From Candidatus Latescibacterota bacterium (GTDB taxonomy: Bacteria > Latescibacterota > UBA2968 > SICM01), in assembly GCA_965217865.1 (NCBI GenBank), contig CBDCJO010000002.1, forward strand, positions 1,824,001 through 1,888,000: a stretch of DNA of 64,000 nt, written 5' to 3'. Position 1 is the stretch's first letter, and every line of letters begins with the position of its first letter. The notes beneath the pieces are model-generated. The model was not told the origin of the DNA and searched no databases. It was given only the letters and a program-made list of their open reading frames with translations. Positions 41,683 to 53,200 of the stretch are shown piece by piece. Both the position numbers and the translations under genes were made by a program.

Positions 41683-42075
41683 ATGACGCCTGAACAGACG
41701 AAATCGCTGGCCCAGACAGGCGAATCCGAAACGCTGGGATTCAAAAGCACCACGGGAACGCGCCGCGAGGCGGTCCAAACGGTGTGTGCCATGCTCAATC
41801 AAAGCGGCGGGCAGGTGCTGTTCGGTGTCTCGCCGGGAGGAGATGTGGTCGGGCAACAGGTGAGCGAGAGAACGATTGAGGAGATAAGCGCCGAGGTCCA
41901 AAGGATTGACCCACCGGCCTTCCCGGAGATCGAGCGGATACACGTAGCTGGCGACCTTAAAGTCATGGAGGTTCGCGTGAGTCAGGGAACTACATCCTTC
42001 GGAACCCTTCGTAGCCCGAGCAATTTCCCATCGAACCTCGGGCGAGGGACGCGGAAGTTGCTCGCGTATGAGTAA
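41683..42075 (+). pseudogene. AlbA_2 (Schlafen-like) domain, truncated paralog of 47992
   Basis: GESETLGFKST...VCAMLN..GG..LFGV; diverges after about 100 aa. Confidence 0.75.
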
Positions 42076-42080
42076 GTAAG

Positions 42081-42878
42081 ATGACGAGTCTTCCAACCCT
42101 CGACTCTCGGGTTCACTACTCCGGCAGCGTTCAGTCCGTACATTGGGAAGGTCGCCTTGTAGAGGACGCTCTTGGCTTCCAGAGTTACATGCGCGCAGTT
42201 GTGCATCCGCGCGTCTCTGATGATGCGTCACCCTTCGCTTCCGAACTTCGCGGTCTTGCCACGACCGGGATGGAGACAAAGTTCGTTGAGCGCCTGTTGA
42301 ACACCGTGCCTAACCTGGAGGGCTGGGAAGTCGGTGAAGCCCTTGCAGAATGTGCACTCCGGGACGACTCAGCCCGACATGTGGTATGGCCTTGGAATAG
42401 CGTGCGGGATCGTCGAACTCCACGGGCGAGTCTCCCTGGTGCTGATCTCGTTGGCTTCTACTGTGAGGAAGAAAAAGTCGTTCTGCTGTTTGGAGAAGTG
42501 AAAACCTCCTCCGACGTCAGCACGCCGCCCAGCGTGATGAGTGGAGGGAGCGGAATGGCATGGCAACTTCAGGAAAGCGCCACACGTCTTGACATCCAGC
42601 ATGCCCTATTGAAATGGCTGCATGCGCGATGTCGATCCGAACCTTACCGTAATCTCTATCAGAAGGCAGTCAAGCGTTACCTCGCGTCAGAAGGAAAGGA
42701 GCTGCTGATTGTCGGGGTCTTGATTCGCGATACAGCGCCGAGCGAACTAGACCTGAAGGCCCGGGGGAACATGCTGGCGATTCGTCTGAATACATTGACC
42801 CGTGTTGAGCTAATTGCTTGGTACTTGCCCGTGCCAATCTCTGCCTGGCCGGCATTGCTTCAGGAGGCGGTCCAATGA
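42081..42878 (+). CDS. PD-(D/E)xK nuclease-like protein, HamA-like
   Basis: VGEALAE...GADLVG...FGEVKTS; ATGA-coupled to a Ski2-like helicase. Confidence 0.65.
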   Translation: MTSLPTLDSRVHYSGSVQSVHWEGRLVEDALGFQSYMRAVVHPRVSDDASPFASELRGLATTGMETKFVERLLNTVPNLEGWEVGEALAECALRDDSARHVVWPWNSVRDRRTPRASLPGADLVGFYCEEEKVVLLFGEVKTSSDVSTPPSVMSGGSGMAWQLQESATRLDIQHALLKWLHARCRSEPYRNLYQKAVKRYLASEGKELLIVGVLIRDTAPSELDLKARGNMLAIRLNTLTRVELIAWYLPVPISAWPALLQEAVQ

Positions 42879-45800
42879 CCACCGATTCCTGGATCGTCGA
42901 TTCCATAGGCAACGACAAGGTCCGCGATGCCACTATTGAGGCGGGACGGCGGCGGCTCCAGGGTGCGCTCAGTGTCGCCGAGTCCAAACAGCTAACTGAC
43001 GAGCAACTGCGGTTCATCGCCAATGGCCTTGAGATTCGCGTATTCGACCTACTTGACGATGGGAACCCCAATGAACTCTCCACTGCGGCCGCGGAAGTAT
43101 TTCAGGTAGCACGGGTCCTGCCAGTGCCAGAAAAGGCCATGGAGGCAGCTGAAGCACTTGTGCGACTTGGATGCCTTGGCGTCTTGGGAGAGCGTGGTGC
43201 TGATGTCCGACGGCTCCTTCTCGAAAAGGAAATCCCCCCGCTACCAATTGATGCGCCCGATTGGGGAGTGCGCGTCTGGGCGACCATTCTGGACGTTTGG
43301 TTGCGCCTTTTTCGCAAGAGAGGTTGGGACGACCTTGATGCTGTTCAAGAGCGAGTCGCACGTATTCGCTCGGAGCAGAGCAGCTTCGAGCCACCATTCC
43401 TGAGTCAGGCGGAAGAGCAAAGAAACGCAAGGCCGGCGTGGGAGCTTGTTTCTGCCTACCACTTGGCCAAAGCCGCCGAGATTGTCGGCGTTTACCAATC
43501 CCAAGGATCAGTCGACGGACACTACGACGTACAGGAGCAACTCGAAGCGCAGTTCGACCGGGCTATCGCTGCGGCGGGCCGTGGGCAACTCATGGAGCGG
43601 GAGGCGTTGACACGCCTGCTCGCTCTAACCGCCCAGACACTTGTGGACAGCAGTATCTGGACAGTTACGCGTTCCGTGAATAGTCGCGTTACCAAGTTTG
43701 TCGAGTCAATGGTTTCACGTCAGAGCCAGCAACCGATCTTCGAAATGCTGCCTCCGCAGCGACGCACTCTTCGCGAGGAGGGATTGCTCGGATCAGGTCA
43801 CCGCTCTGTCGTCGTGAGCCTCCCGACGTCGAGCGGCAAGACATTCATTGCAGAGTTTCGAATCCTCCAAGCGCTGAATCAGTTTGACCAGGAGCGCGGA
43901 TGGGTAGCGTATCTTGCGCCGACACGCGCTTTGGTCAACCAGTTGACTCTTCGCCTGCGACGGGACTTCGCGGAAATCGGCTGCGGTGTCGAGAAAGTCA
44001 GTCCTGCGCTGGAGATCGATGGTCTAGAAGCCGATATGCTCCTTGAGCGGGAATCTGACCTGCAGTTTCGTATCCTCATTACGACTCCCGAGAAGCTCGA
44101 TCTCATGCTGCGAAATGGTTGGGAGCGAACGATTGGGAGACCATTGACCCTCGTCGTTGTGGACGAGGCCCATGGTATCGCGTCTACGGCACGCGGCTTG
44201 AGGCTGGAGCTGTTGCTTGCCACTGTCAACCGTGAGTGCCGATATGCGCAGTTCCTTTTGCTTACACCATTCATTCATAATGCGGGCGAGATTGCACGAT
44301 GGTTGGCACCCGACAGCAACAAGAGCATCGAACTTGGCGTGGATTGGGTACCCAACGACCGTGTAATTGCCACGGCCCGTCCGCAGAAAGGTGAAGCTCG
44401 CGGCGATTTTCGAGTTGAGTTCACAAGTCAGCATACGACTCGGAAGACAATCCAAATTCCCGAAGCGCTGTCGATCGACATCCAACGCCCGTTGGGGCTG
44501 TCTTGGTCCGATGTTTCCAGATCGCCCGGCAAACTCGCGGCGGCGACGGGTCAGATTCTTCAGCGCCGTGGCACTGTGATTGTCCTTGTCGACAAGCCAA
44601 ATAACAGTTGGGGCGTGGCTGACGCGTTCAAAGTAGACGAGAACCGTCATGAGGTCGAAAGTGAAGACCTCAAGCATATCCAGAATTTCCTGGTAGATGA
44701 AATGGGGTCTGACTTCCCTTTGACATCGCTACTTGGATACGGCATTGGCGTGCACCACTCCGGACTTTCGGAAGACACTAGAACCATTATTGAGTGGTTA
44801 ACAGAAAAAGCGATGCTACGAGTGTTAGTTGCGACCACGACTATTGCGCAGGGTGTCAACTTTCCCGTCTCGGGAGTGGTTTTCGCCAGCCACCAGTATC
44901 CCTATGGGCAAGACATGCCGCCCGAAGATTTCTGGAACATCGCAGGGCGGGCCGGCCGCGTCGATCAAGGCGACCTCGGAATAGTGGCGCTGGCAGGACA
45001 TGACGACACGAAAGTAAGGAAGATTGAGGAGTTCATTGGTCGATCTGTGAGCGCTTTGAACTCAACGCTGATTGACATGATTCAGAAGGTGTACGCCGAG
45101 GGAAACGTGTTGAGGCTCGAGACTCTATCTTGGCGGCCTGAGTGGTCAGCGTTCCTGCAATACCTCGCCCACACCTACAGACAAATCGGTGATCACGAAC
45201 GGTTCGCGGCCGAGGTCGAACAGGTCCTTCGGGGGACCCTTGGATTCCAGGCTCTACGCAGGAACCATCAGGGCTGGGCGGATGAGCTGGTTAATAGCGT
45301 GTACAGCTACGCAGAGCGCATCAAAGGGAAGCCACTTCAGCTCGTAGACCTAACAGGATTCTCTTGGGAGTCGGTCAGCAATACGTTGCGCCGTCTGAAT
45401 GAGGCGCAATTGTCGAGTGAGGTCTGGTCTCCAGATCTTTTTGGGAGGCGCCGTGATGACCTGCAGCGGATGATAGGGGTGCTGCTTCAGGTCCCAGAAC
45501 TTAGAGAACCGCTCAAGGAGGTCACCGGCGGACCACGACCTGATGGGGACACCCTATCTCGGATAATCTGCGACTGGGTTCAAGGCCGTCCACTCGCCGA
45601 AATGGCTACCGAGTACTTCGCGATGAAGTCAGGAGACGAAGTGGAAGGCTATGGTGATGCAGTGGCGGCGATGACGAAATGTTGTACGAGAGTTTTTGGA
45701 CGGCTGACGCAGACGGCATCCTGGGGCTTGGCCGCGCTCCAGGCTCTGACAATCGGGGACACATTTGATTCATTGTCGGCGAACGAGCAGCGGACACTGC

Positions 45801-46045
45801 GAAACCTGCCGGCGCGAGTCTACTACGGTGTGAACTCCGATGAAGCGGTGGCCCTCCGCATTCTGGGTGTCCCTCGGACAGCTGCAGTGCCGCTAGCACA
45901 ACAGCTCGGGGTAGGGACAGCCGAGCCACTGCACCAAGTGCGAGGTAGGGTTCGCGAGGCAGGTGTCGATACATGGAGGGCTGCTCTGGGTGAACGAGGC
46001 GCGAGCTACCACCATGTGTGGTCGATCATCGAGGGTGAAGTGTGA
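42875..46045 (+). CDS. Ski2-like DEAH helicase, HamB-like
   Basis: LPTSSGKT, APTRAL, TTPEK, DEAH, HHSGL, TTTIAQGVN, NIAGRAGR. Confidence 0.85.
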   Translation: MTTDSWIVDSIGNDKVRDATIEAGRRRLQGALSVAESKQLTDEQLRFIANGLEIRVFDLLDDGNPNELSTAAAEVFQVARVLPVPEKAMEAAEALVRLGCLGVLGERGADVRRLLLEKEIPPLPIDAPDWGVRVWATILDVWLRLFRKRGWDDLDAVQERVARIRSEQSSFEPPFLSQAEEQRNARPAWELVSAYHLAKAAEIVGVYQSQGSVDGHYDVQEQLEAQFDRAIAAAGRGQLMEREALTRLLALTAQTLVDSSIWTVTRSVNSRVTKFVESMVSRQSQQPIFEMLPPQRRTLREEGLLGSGHRSVVVSLPTSSGKTFIAEFRILQALNQFDQERGWVAYLAPTRALVNQLTLRLRRDFAEIGCGVEKVSPALEIDGLEADMLLERESDLQFRILITTPEKLDLMLRNGWERTIGRPLTLVVVDEAHGIASTARGLRLELLLATVNRECRYAQFLLLTPFIHNAGEIARWLAPDSNKSIELGVDWVPNDRVIATARPQKGEARGDFRVEFTSQHTTRKTIQIPEALSIDIQRPLGLSWSDVSRSPGKLAAATGQILQRRGTVIVLVDKPNNSWGVADAFKVDENRHEVESEDLKHIQNFLVDEMGSDFPLTSLLGYGIGVHHSGLSEDTRTIIEWLTEKAMLRVLVATTTIAQGVNFPVSGVVFASHQYPYGQDMPPEDFWNIAGRAGRVDQGDLGIVALAGHDDTKVRKIEEFIGRSVSALNSTLIDMIQKVYAEGNVLRLETLSWRPEWSAFLQYLAHTYRQIGDHERFAAEVEQVLRGTLGFQALRRNHQGWADELVNSVYSYAERIKGKPLQLVDLTGFSWESVSNTLRRLNEAQLSSEVWSPDLFGRRRDDLQRMIGVLLQVPELREPLKEVTGGPRPDGDTLSRIICDWVQGRPLAEMATEYFAMKSGDEVEGYGDAVAAMTKCCTRVFGRLTQTASWGLAALQALTIGDTFDSLSANEQRTLRNLPARVYYGVNSDEAVALRILGVPRTAAVPLAQQLGVGTAEPLHQVRGRVREAGVDTWRAALGERGASYHHVWSIIEGEV

Positions 46046-46334
46046 CCGCAGGATCAAATCCGGTGGTGGAACTGGCGAGCACGACAGGCCTGCCACGCCC
46101 CGATATCGAGAATGCCGACGGGAATGTGGCGTGCTTGCCCGACGCTCGGTTCGCGGGTTGACCGGTGTGTCCACTGGTCGCGGTTCAGTACGGGCCGGTT
46201 CGACGAATGGCTCGACCTGACGTAGCCAGTACCCCGACTCCTCGACATGGTGCGCGAGCCCTATCAGCCCGTTGAAGAACTACCTTTCAACGCACATAAA
46301 CGGAAAAGACGCCTGGAGTGCGGGTCGGATAAAT

Positions 46335-47937
46335 CAACGCGGGCAAAAGCCGGGTACTCCATGACATCGAAGATCACGCCTCAAAGTCATCAACAGGTGT
46401 CGTTGTTAAGGAGGTTACGTTCACGTACTCGGGTACTGTTGATGAACTGACCTCCTATATCAAGAAGCACTCTACATTGGACGAATCCGGCCGCGACCCC
46501 GTCTATAGGGGCTACCGATTTGCAGTGCGATCTGGGCTGCTGTCGCAACTATGGAACCGCCCACTGAGGGAGCTAACTCCCCTTTTCTGCATGCGAATTC
46601 CAACCGAGAAACGCATTACGGATAGTGATCCTGTTCAAGCGGTGGCCTTTCTTGATGAGCCCGGATCTCATCCGATCCACATGCTGTACAAGAACGACGC
46701 ACTTGAGCGCCGGATTAGTGAGTTTTTCTACCGTGCGTTTGGTGAACACCTGATTGTTTTTCGCCTGGGTGGCAGCACGATCCCGCTCTTGGTCGGAGAG
46801 TACTTTGGGCCCGAAGACGGTGAAGACCGAGTCTCCGAGTCCTACAACGTGCGGTTGCGGGAATCCACCACACCGTTAAAAGAACAAGGCGATGGCATGC
46901 GTAGCTTTGCCAGTGTCGTACTACATCTCCTGACTCCTATTACTTCATCTATTCTGCTCCTCGACGAGCCCGAAGCATATCTTCATCCACCACAGGCGCG
47001 ATTGCTCGGGGAAATCATCGCGACTGAACGTCAGGACCTTACTCAACTATTTGTAGCGACACACAGCCCGGACGTGCTTCAGGGTTTGCTCAACGTTGTG
47101 AACGTAGACCATCTTCGCGTAATCCGCATCGAGCGAGATGGAGATGTGAACCACATCAAGGAGCTGAATAAAGATCAAGCAAGAGAGATTGGTAGTGATC
47201 CTCTGATGAAATACTCGTCTGTGTTGTCAGGCGTCTTTCACGAACGCGTCATAATCTGTGAGGCGGACACCGACTGCATGTTCTACAGTTCTCTATTGGA
47301 CATTCCTGAAGTACATGGTGGTCCTCAACCTGACGTTTTATTCGTCCACGCGAGCGGTAAGCACCGTATGGCCGTTCAGGCCCGAGCGTTAGCAGCACTC
47401 GGAGTTCATGTCGATGTCATCGCGGATATGGACGTGCTCCAAGAGGAAGCGGATTTGCAAAGAATATTCGAAGCTCTTGGAGGCGATTGGTCAAGGGTAC
47501 AGGCAAAAGTGAGAAGCGTGAGAACAGCAATCGAAACTCATAAGCCCTGGTTGAACGCCGAAGAAGTGTCAAAGGGTATTCGGACGGAACTAGAGGGCGT
47601 TGGTCAAGCAGGTGAATTTCCACGGTCAGCCCAGCAAGACATTACCGCGTATTTTCGCAAGGCATCACCATGGGATGTCGTTAAGGATACTGGAGAGGCC
47701 GCCATACCCTCCGGACAGGCTACGACGGAGTACGGGGAGCTGAGGGAGGCCTTTCAACACAAGGGGTTGTGGATCGTTCCGGTCGGTGAGCTTGAAGGCT
47801 TCTGCAAGAATGTCGGGGGACATGGACCCAGGTGGGTCCAAGAGGTCATTGGAAAGTACGATCTGGTGAACTCTGATGAGCTGAGGATAGCTCGTGAATT
47901 CGTTGGCAAAGTGTGGCAAGCGAGGAGAGCCTCGTGA
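46335..47937 (+). pseudogene. OLD-like ATPase-TOPRIM nuclease, 3' copy lacking start and part of Walker A
   Basis: Homology starts at NAGKS just after in-frame TAA (46330); TOPRIM ICEADTD and IADMD, GELE. Confidence 0.8.
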
Positions 47938-47991
47938 ACCGAACGGGACTCATCGTAAGCTCCTCCTTCGACACGCCGTAAGAATGTGCCG

Positions 47992-49395
47992 ATGACGCCC
48001 GAACAACTCACAGCGCTGGTCGCGACAGGCGAGTCCGAGACGCTGGAGTTCAAGAGCACGACCGGGACCCGTCGTGAGGCGGCCAGGACGGTGTGCGCCA
48101 TGCTCAACCAGCGCGGTGGGCACGTGCTGTTCGGTGTCACGTCGAGAGGAGATGTGGTCGGGCAGCAGGTGAGCGAGCGAACGATTGAAGAGGTGAGTGC
48201 CGAGATCCAAAGGATCGACCCGCCGGCCTTTCCGGAGATCGAGCGGGTCCAAGTAGCGGAAGACCGGGAGGTGATTGCGGTCCGCGTGAACCAGGGCTCC
48301 GCACGTCCGTACCAGTACCGGGGCACCGCCTATCGCCGGGTTGGCAACACCACCGTGGCCTTGTCGACCGAGGAGTACAACCGGGTGCTCTTTGAGCGCA
48401 TGCACAGTGAGAAGCGCTGGGAGAACCAGCCCGCTACCGGGTGGTCGGTCGAGGACCTCGACGTGGCCGAGATTCGCAACACGGTTGCAGAGGCCGTCCG
48501 TATCGGCCGGCTGAATGAACCTGGTAGTCGGGAACCGGAGGATCTGCTGCGCGGGCTCGGGCTGATCCGCGACGGCGTCCTGTTCCGCGCGGCGGCGGTG
48601 CTGTTCAGTAACGCCGAGCGACTTGAGTTCGAAATGCCGCAGTGCCTGCTCCGTGTGGCTCGTTTCCGGGGTCTCGACCGGAGCGAATTCCTGGACAACC
48701 GACAGTTCAACGGCAACGCCTTAGAGCTGCTCTCGAGCGCGGAGCGCTTTCTACGCGACACCCTTCCCATCGCAAGCCGGTTCGAACCGGGCCGCATCCA
48801 GCGCATTGACGAACCGCTTTACCCGCCTCTGGCCACACGGGAAGCTCTGGCGAACGCCCTGTGCCATCGGGATTATGCGTTGGGCGGCGGCTCGGTGGGG
48901 CTGGCGGTGTACGACGACCGTCTTGAGGTGACATCGACTGGTTCACTGCACTTTGGACTGACCCCGGACGAGCTGTTCGGGCCGCACGAGTCGAGGCCGT
49001 GGAACCCGCTGATCGCCCGCACATTCTACCGGCGCGGCATCATCGAGGAATGGGGCCGCGGAACGCTCAAGATGGCGGAGCTGGCAACCTCCGCGGGCCT
49101 ACCGCGCCCCGAGATCGAAGATGCCAGTGGAGCCGTGACGGTACGATTCCGGCACGGCCAAGTCGTGCCATCTCAGCGTAGCGGGAGCGCCGTAATCGAA
49201 AGGCAAAATGCAATTCTCGCCCTGTTGGATCGCGCGGAAGGTGGCTTGGCGTTACGCGAGATTCACGCACAATTGCCCCTAGACGTCAGCGAGCGTCAGG
49301 TAAGAAGGGCCTTAACGGAGTTGAGGGACCGTGGGCTGGCAGTGTCCACGGGCCCCGGTCCGGCGGCGCGGTGGAAGCTTTCGCAAGGCCAGTAG
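47992..49395 (+). CDS. AlbA_2 + HATPase-like + HTH protein (RecG-like regulator family)
   Basis: GESETLEFKS, REALANALCHRDY, NPLIA..F...IEEWGRG, C-terminal HTH. Confidence 0.88.
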   Translation: MTPEQLTALVATGESETLEFKSTTGTRREAARTVCAMLNQRGGHVLFGVTSRGDVVGQQVSERTIEEVSAEIQRIDPPAFPEIERVQVAEDREVIAVRVNQGSARPYQYRGTAYRRVGNTTVALSTEEYNRVLFERMHSEKRWENQPATGWSVEDLDVAEIRNTVAEAVRIGRLNEPGSREPEDLLRGLGLIRDGVLFRAAAVLFSNAERLEFEMPQCLLRVARFRGLDRSEFLDNRQFNGNALELLSSAERFLRDTLPIASRFEPGRIQRIDEPLYPPLATREALANALCHRDYALGGGSVGLAVYDDRLEVTSTGSLHFGLTPDELFGPHESRPWNPLIARTFYRRGIIEEWGRGTLKMAELATSAGLPRPEIEDASGAVTVRFRHGQVVPSQRSGSAVIERQNAILALLDRAEGGLALREIHAQLPLDVSERQVRRALTELRDRGLAVSTGPGPAARWKLSQGQ

Positions 49396-49527
49396 AGGTG
49401 CCATTAGACCCCTATCTGACCCCCAGGGGTCTAATAGGGGTCAAATGGGGGTCTGATTCATTGCACGCTCACGAGGGCCGCAGCTCGGGCCAGAAACTCG
49501 GGGCGAAGACGTGGAGAGCACCCGACG

Positions 49528-50223
49528 ATGTGTGGCCGTTTCACCCAGATGCTAACTTGGCGTCAGATTCACGACCTCTACAGCCTGACAGGATCGGCTC
49601 TCCCTCTGAATCTGGAGCCTCGCTACAACGGTGCGCCAACTCAGGATTTCGCGGCGTGCCGGCTCGATGACGATGGCAACCGTTCTATCGCCAAGCTCCG
49701 CTGGGGGTTGGTGCCTTCCTGGGCGAAGGACGTGAGCATGGGCACGCGTCTCATCAACGCCCGGGCAGAGACCGTCCACACCAAACCGTCCTACGGCGAT
49801 GCCTTTCGTTCTCGTCGGTGCCTAGTGCCGGCCAACGGATGGTTCGAATGGCAGGCGACCGGGCGCGGCAAGCAGCCCTACTTCCTGGTGCTCGCGGACG
49901 GATCGCCGCTGTCGTTCGCCGCGCTGTGGGAGCGCTGGGACAAGGATGAAAAATCCCTGGAGTCGTTCACCATTATCACCACGGCGGCCTCCCCGCACCT
50001 TGCCGACATCCGCCACCGACAGCCGGCGATAGTCCACCCCGGCCGGTCTGCTGAATGGCTCGATCTGACGTCGCCGGCGCCACGACTCCTCGACTTGGTG
50101 CGTGAATCCCATGGCGGCCCTTACGAGCGGCGCGCCGTCAGCACCAGAGTGAACAGCGTCCGGCACGACGATCCAGGCATTCTGGCCCCCAGGTCGGAGA
50201 GGGGACAATCGGCAACACCGTAG
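49528..50223 (+). CDS. SRAP (SOS response-associated peptidase, YedK-like)
   Basis: MCGRF N-terminus, RYN.APTQ, WGLVP.W, NARAET, RCLVPA.GWFEW. Confidence 0.93.
   Translation: MCGRFTQMLTWRQIHDLYSLTGSALPLNLEPRYNGAPTQDFAACRLDDDGNRSIAKLRWGLVPSWAKDVSMGTRLINARAETVHTKPSYGDAFRSRRCLVPANGWFEWQATGRGKQPYFLVLADGSPLSFAALWERWDKDEKSLESFTIITTAASPHLADIRHRQPAIVHPGRSAEWLDLTSPAPRLLDLVRESHGGPYERRAVSTRVNSVRHDDPGILAPRSERGQSATP
49999..50199 (+). repeat. About 200-bp direct repeat of the SRAP 3' end (second copy 53776-53976)
   Basis: Aligns at offset 3777 with few mismatches. Confidence 0.88.
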
Positions 50224-50238
50224 CTAGGGCTGCCTTTC

Positions 50239-53200
50239 GTGAAACGAATTGAGGATTCCTTAGAACTCAGCGCCATCGACTTGGTCGGGTACCTTAATTG
50301 CCGTCATCTTTCCGAACTGGACCGTGCGGTAGCCGAAGGTGCTTTGGCGAAGCCCAAAGTCTGGAATCAACCCCTTCTGCAAATTCTTTGGGAACAAGGT
50401 CTTGTTCACGAGCAGAACTATGTTGAGCACCTGACGAAGGACGGTGTGGAGTTTGTCAGAATTGAGGGCATAGAAGTTACAGACGAAGCGGTCTCTCAAA
50501 CGCTTGCGGCCATGAAACGAGGTGCGAGGGTGATCGTTCAGGGGGCGCTGTCCCACGATAGTTGGGTCGGACGTGCCGACATTCTGCGCCGTATCGAAGT
50601 CCCGAGTGCGATTGGCAACTGGTCGTATGAGGTGATCGACACAAAGCTCGCGCGTGAAACGAAAGCGGGAACCGTGCTCCAGCTTTGTCTCTATTCCGAT
50701 CTTCTGACAGAGGCTCAAGGCCTGGAGCCTGAGTACATGTATGTTGTCGCGCCATGGTCCGACTTTGAGCCACAGCAATATCGATTTGCGGACTACGCCG
50801 CCTATTTTCGGAAGGTGAAGCATGGTTTGTCAGCGGCTCTAGCAAAACGAGACACGGTAGGGACTTATCCCGATCCGATAGAACATTGCGACATATGCCG
50901 ATGGCGGCAAACTTGCGAAAAGCGTCGCCACGGCGATGATCACCTTTGCCTCGTGGCAGGGATCTCGAAGATTCAGATCAACGAGCTGAACCAGCGCGGG
51001 ATTACAACCGTGCGGGGCTTGGCTGGTATGCCCTTACCGCTGGATTGGAAACCGGATCGCGGCGCAGCTGAGTCCTATGGCCGCATCCGCGAGCAGGCGC
51101 GGGTTCAAATCGAAGGTCGTGAGGCCGGTGAGGGAAAATTCGAACTGTTCCCGGTGGAGACTGGATTCGGCCTCACCCGCCTTCCTGAACCGTCGGACGG
51201 GGACATTTTCTTCGACCTGGAGGGTGATCCGTTCGTTGGCGAGCACGGCCTCGAATATCTTTTCGGCTTCTTGTTCATTGGTGAAACCGGACAGACCGTA
51301 TACAGGAGTGAGTGGGCCTTTTCACGGGTCGAAGAAAAGCAGACCTTCGAGGATTTTGTCGATTTCGTCATGGCGCGCTGGGAGCAATTCCCCAGCATGC
51401 ATATCTACCACTACGCTCCTTATGAGCCGTCGGCCTTGAAGCGTCTGATGGGCCGTTACGCGACGCGGGGAGAGGAGATCGACCAGATGCTTCGCGCAGG
51501 GATATTTATCGACCTCTACCAAGTGGTACGCCGCGGTATTCGTGCGAGCGTAGAAAGCTACTCCCTAAAGCAGTTGGAATCGTTCTATTCGTTCGAACGG
51601 GAGACGGCATTGGCCGATGCGAATGCCGCCCTGGCGAATCTCCAGGCAAACCTCGAACTCAATGCCATTCCCTCAATTGCAGATGAGATTGGGGCCACTG
51701 TCGTTGCCTACAACAAGGATGATTGTCGCTCTGCCGCCGGCCTGCGGGACTGGCTAGAAACATTGCGGGCGCAGCTTGTCACTGATGGAGTAGACGTGCC
51801 CCGCCCGGAATTGGGCGATGGCGCCCCAAGCGAAAATGTCACGGATTGGCTGATCCGGATAAACGCATTGGTCGAACAGCTGAGCACAGATGTCCCTGTA
51901 GACCCGGAAGAGCGGGATGAGGAGCAGCAAGCACGTTGGATACTGGCCAACATCCTCGACTGGCACCGCAGAGAAGAAAAATCGGTGTGGTGGGAGCACT
52001 TCCGGTTGGCTGAGCTCTCTGAAGAGGATCTGCGGGATGAACGGGCTGGGCTCTCCGGTCTTAGTTTTTTGAGACAGGCCGGCGGCACCGCCAGAGCGCC
52101 GATTCACCGTTATAGGTTTCCGCCGCAAGAAACCGAGCTCCGTGGCGGCGAGGATCTCCGCAATCTCGGCGGAGACAAGCTGGGTAAGGTCGAGGCGATT
52201 TCCTTTGACGACTGCACAGTTGACATCAAGAAGCGTCAGGACAGCGTCGCGACCCACCCGCAAGCCGTCTTTGCACTTACGTACGTCAATGCGCAGGTAC
52301 TCAAGGATTCTCTCGTGCGGCTCGGTGAGTATGTGGCCCAGCATGGCCTGCGTGGAGAAGGGCCTAATCGGGTTGCCCGCGATCTCTTGTTGAAAGAAGC
52401 CCCGCGTGTCGGCGGGCAAGAGCTGCATCGTGATGGAGAAACGACAGTCGAAGCAGCTATCCGACTATGCGGGCATCTGGCTTACGGCGTTCTTGCGATT
52501 CAAGGGCCGCCCGGCGCGGGCAAGACCTTCACGGGCGGGCGCATGATTTGTGAGTTGGTGCGCCAGGGCAAGACAGTTGGCATCACGGCAAACAGTCATA
52601 AGGTCATCCACAATCTGATCGATGCGGCCATTGAAGCAGCAGGTGAGATGGACCTGGATCTGCAATGTTGCCACAAGGCTGCTCAAGTGGAGCAACCCCA
52701 GCACCGCCTTTCCTTTGCCAGGAGCAATGAAGACCTGTTTGCTGCGCTTGGAACCGGCGTATCTGTCGCTGGTGGAACCGCCTGGCTATGGTCGCGTCCT
52801 GAGGCATTCGAGACAGTCGATGTCCTGTTTGTCGATGAGGCCGCGCAAATGTCGCTCGCGAATGTGTTGGCCGTTTCGCAGGCTGCCAAAGCCGTGGTGC
52901 TGATCGGCGATCCGCAGCAGCTCGATCAACCAATTCAGGGCAGTCATCCGGACGGGACGGATGTCTCTGCGCTCGATCACATTTTGGCCGGTGAACAGAC
53001 CATATCCCCAGACAAAGGGTTGTTCCTCAAAGAAACTTGGCGGCTGCATCCTGATATATCTGCGTACACGTCCGAGCTTTTCTATGAAAGCAAGCTCAGT
53101 TCAAAAGCTGGGCTTGAAAAACAGATCATCAAGGCGGCGGGTCCGATCAGCAGTTCCGGTCTGCGTTACTTGCCCGTTGAACACGACGGCAATCAGAACT

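Noticed and set aside
50239-51000. Cas4 / CRISPR adaptation gene
   Set aside because: The RecB-like domain is part of a larger helicase fusion; no cas1, cas2 or array
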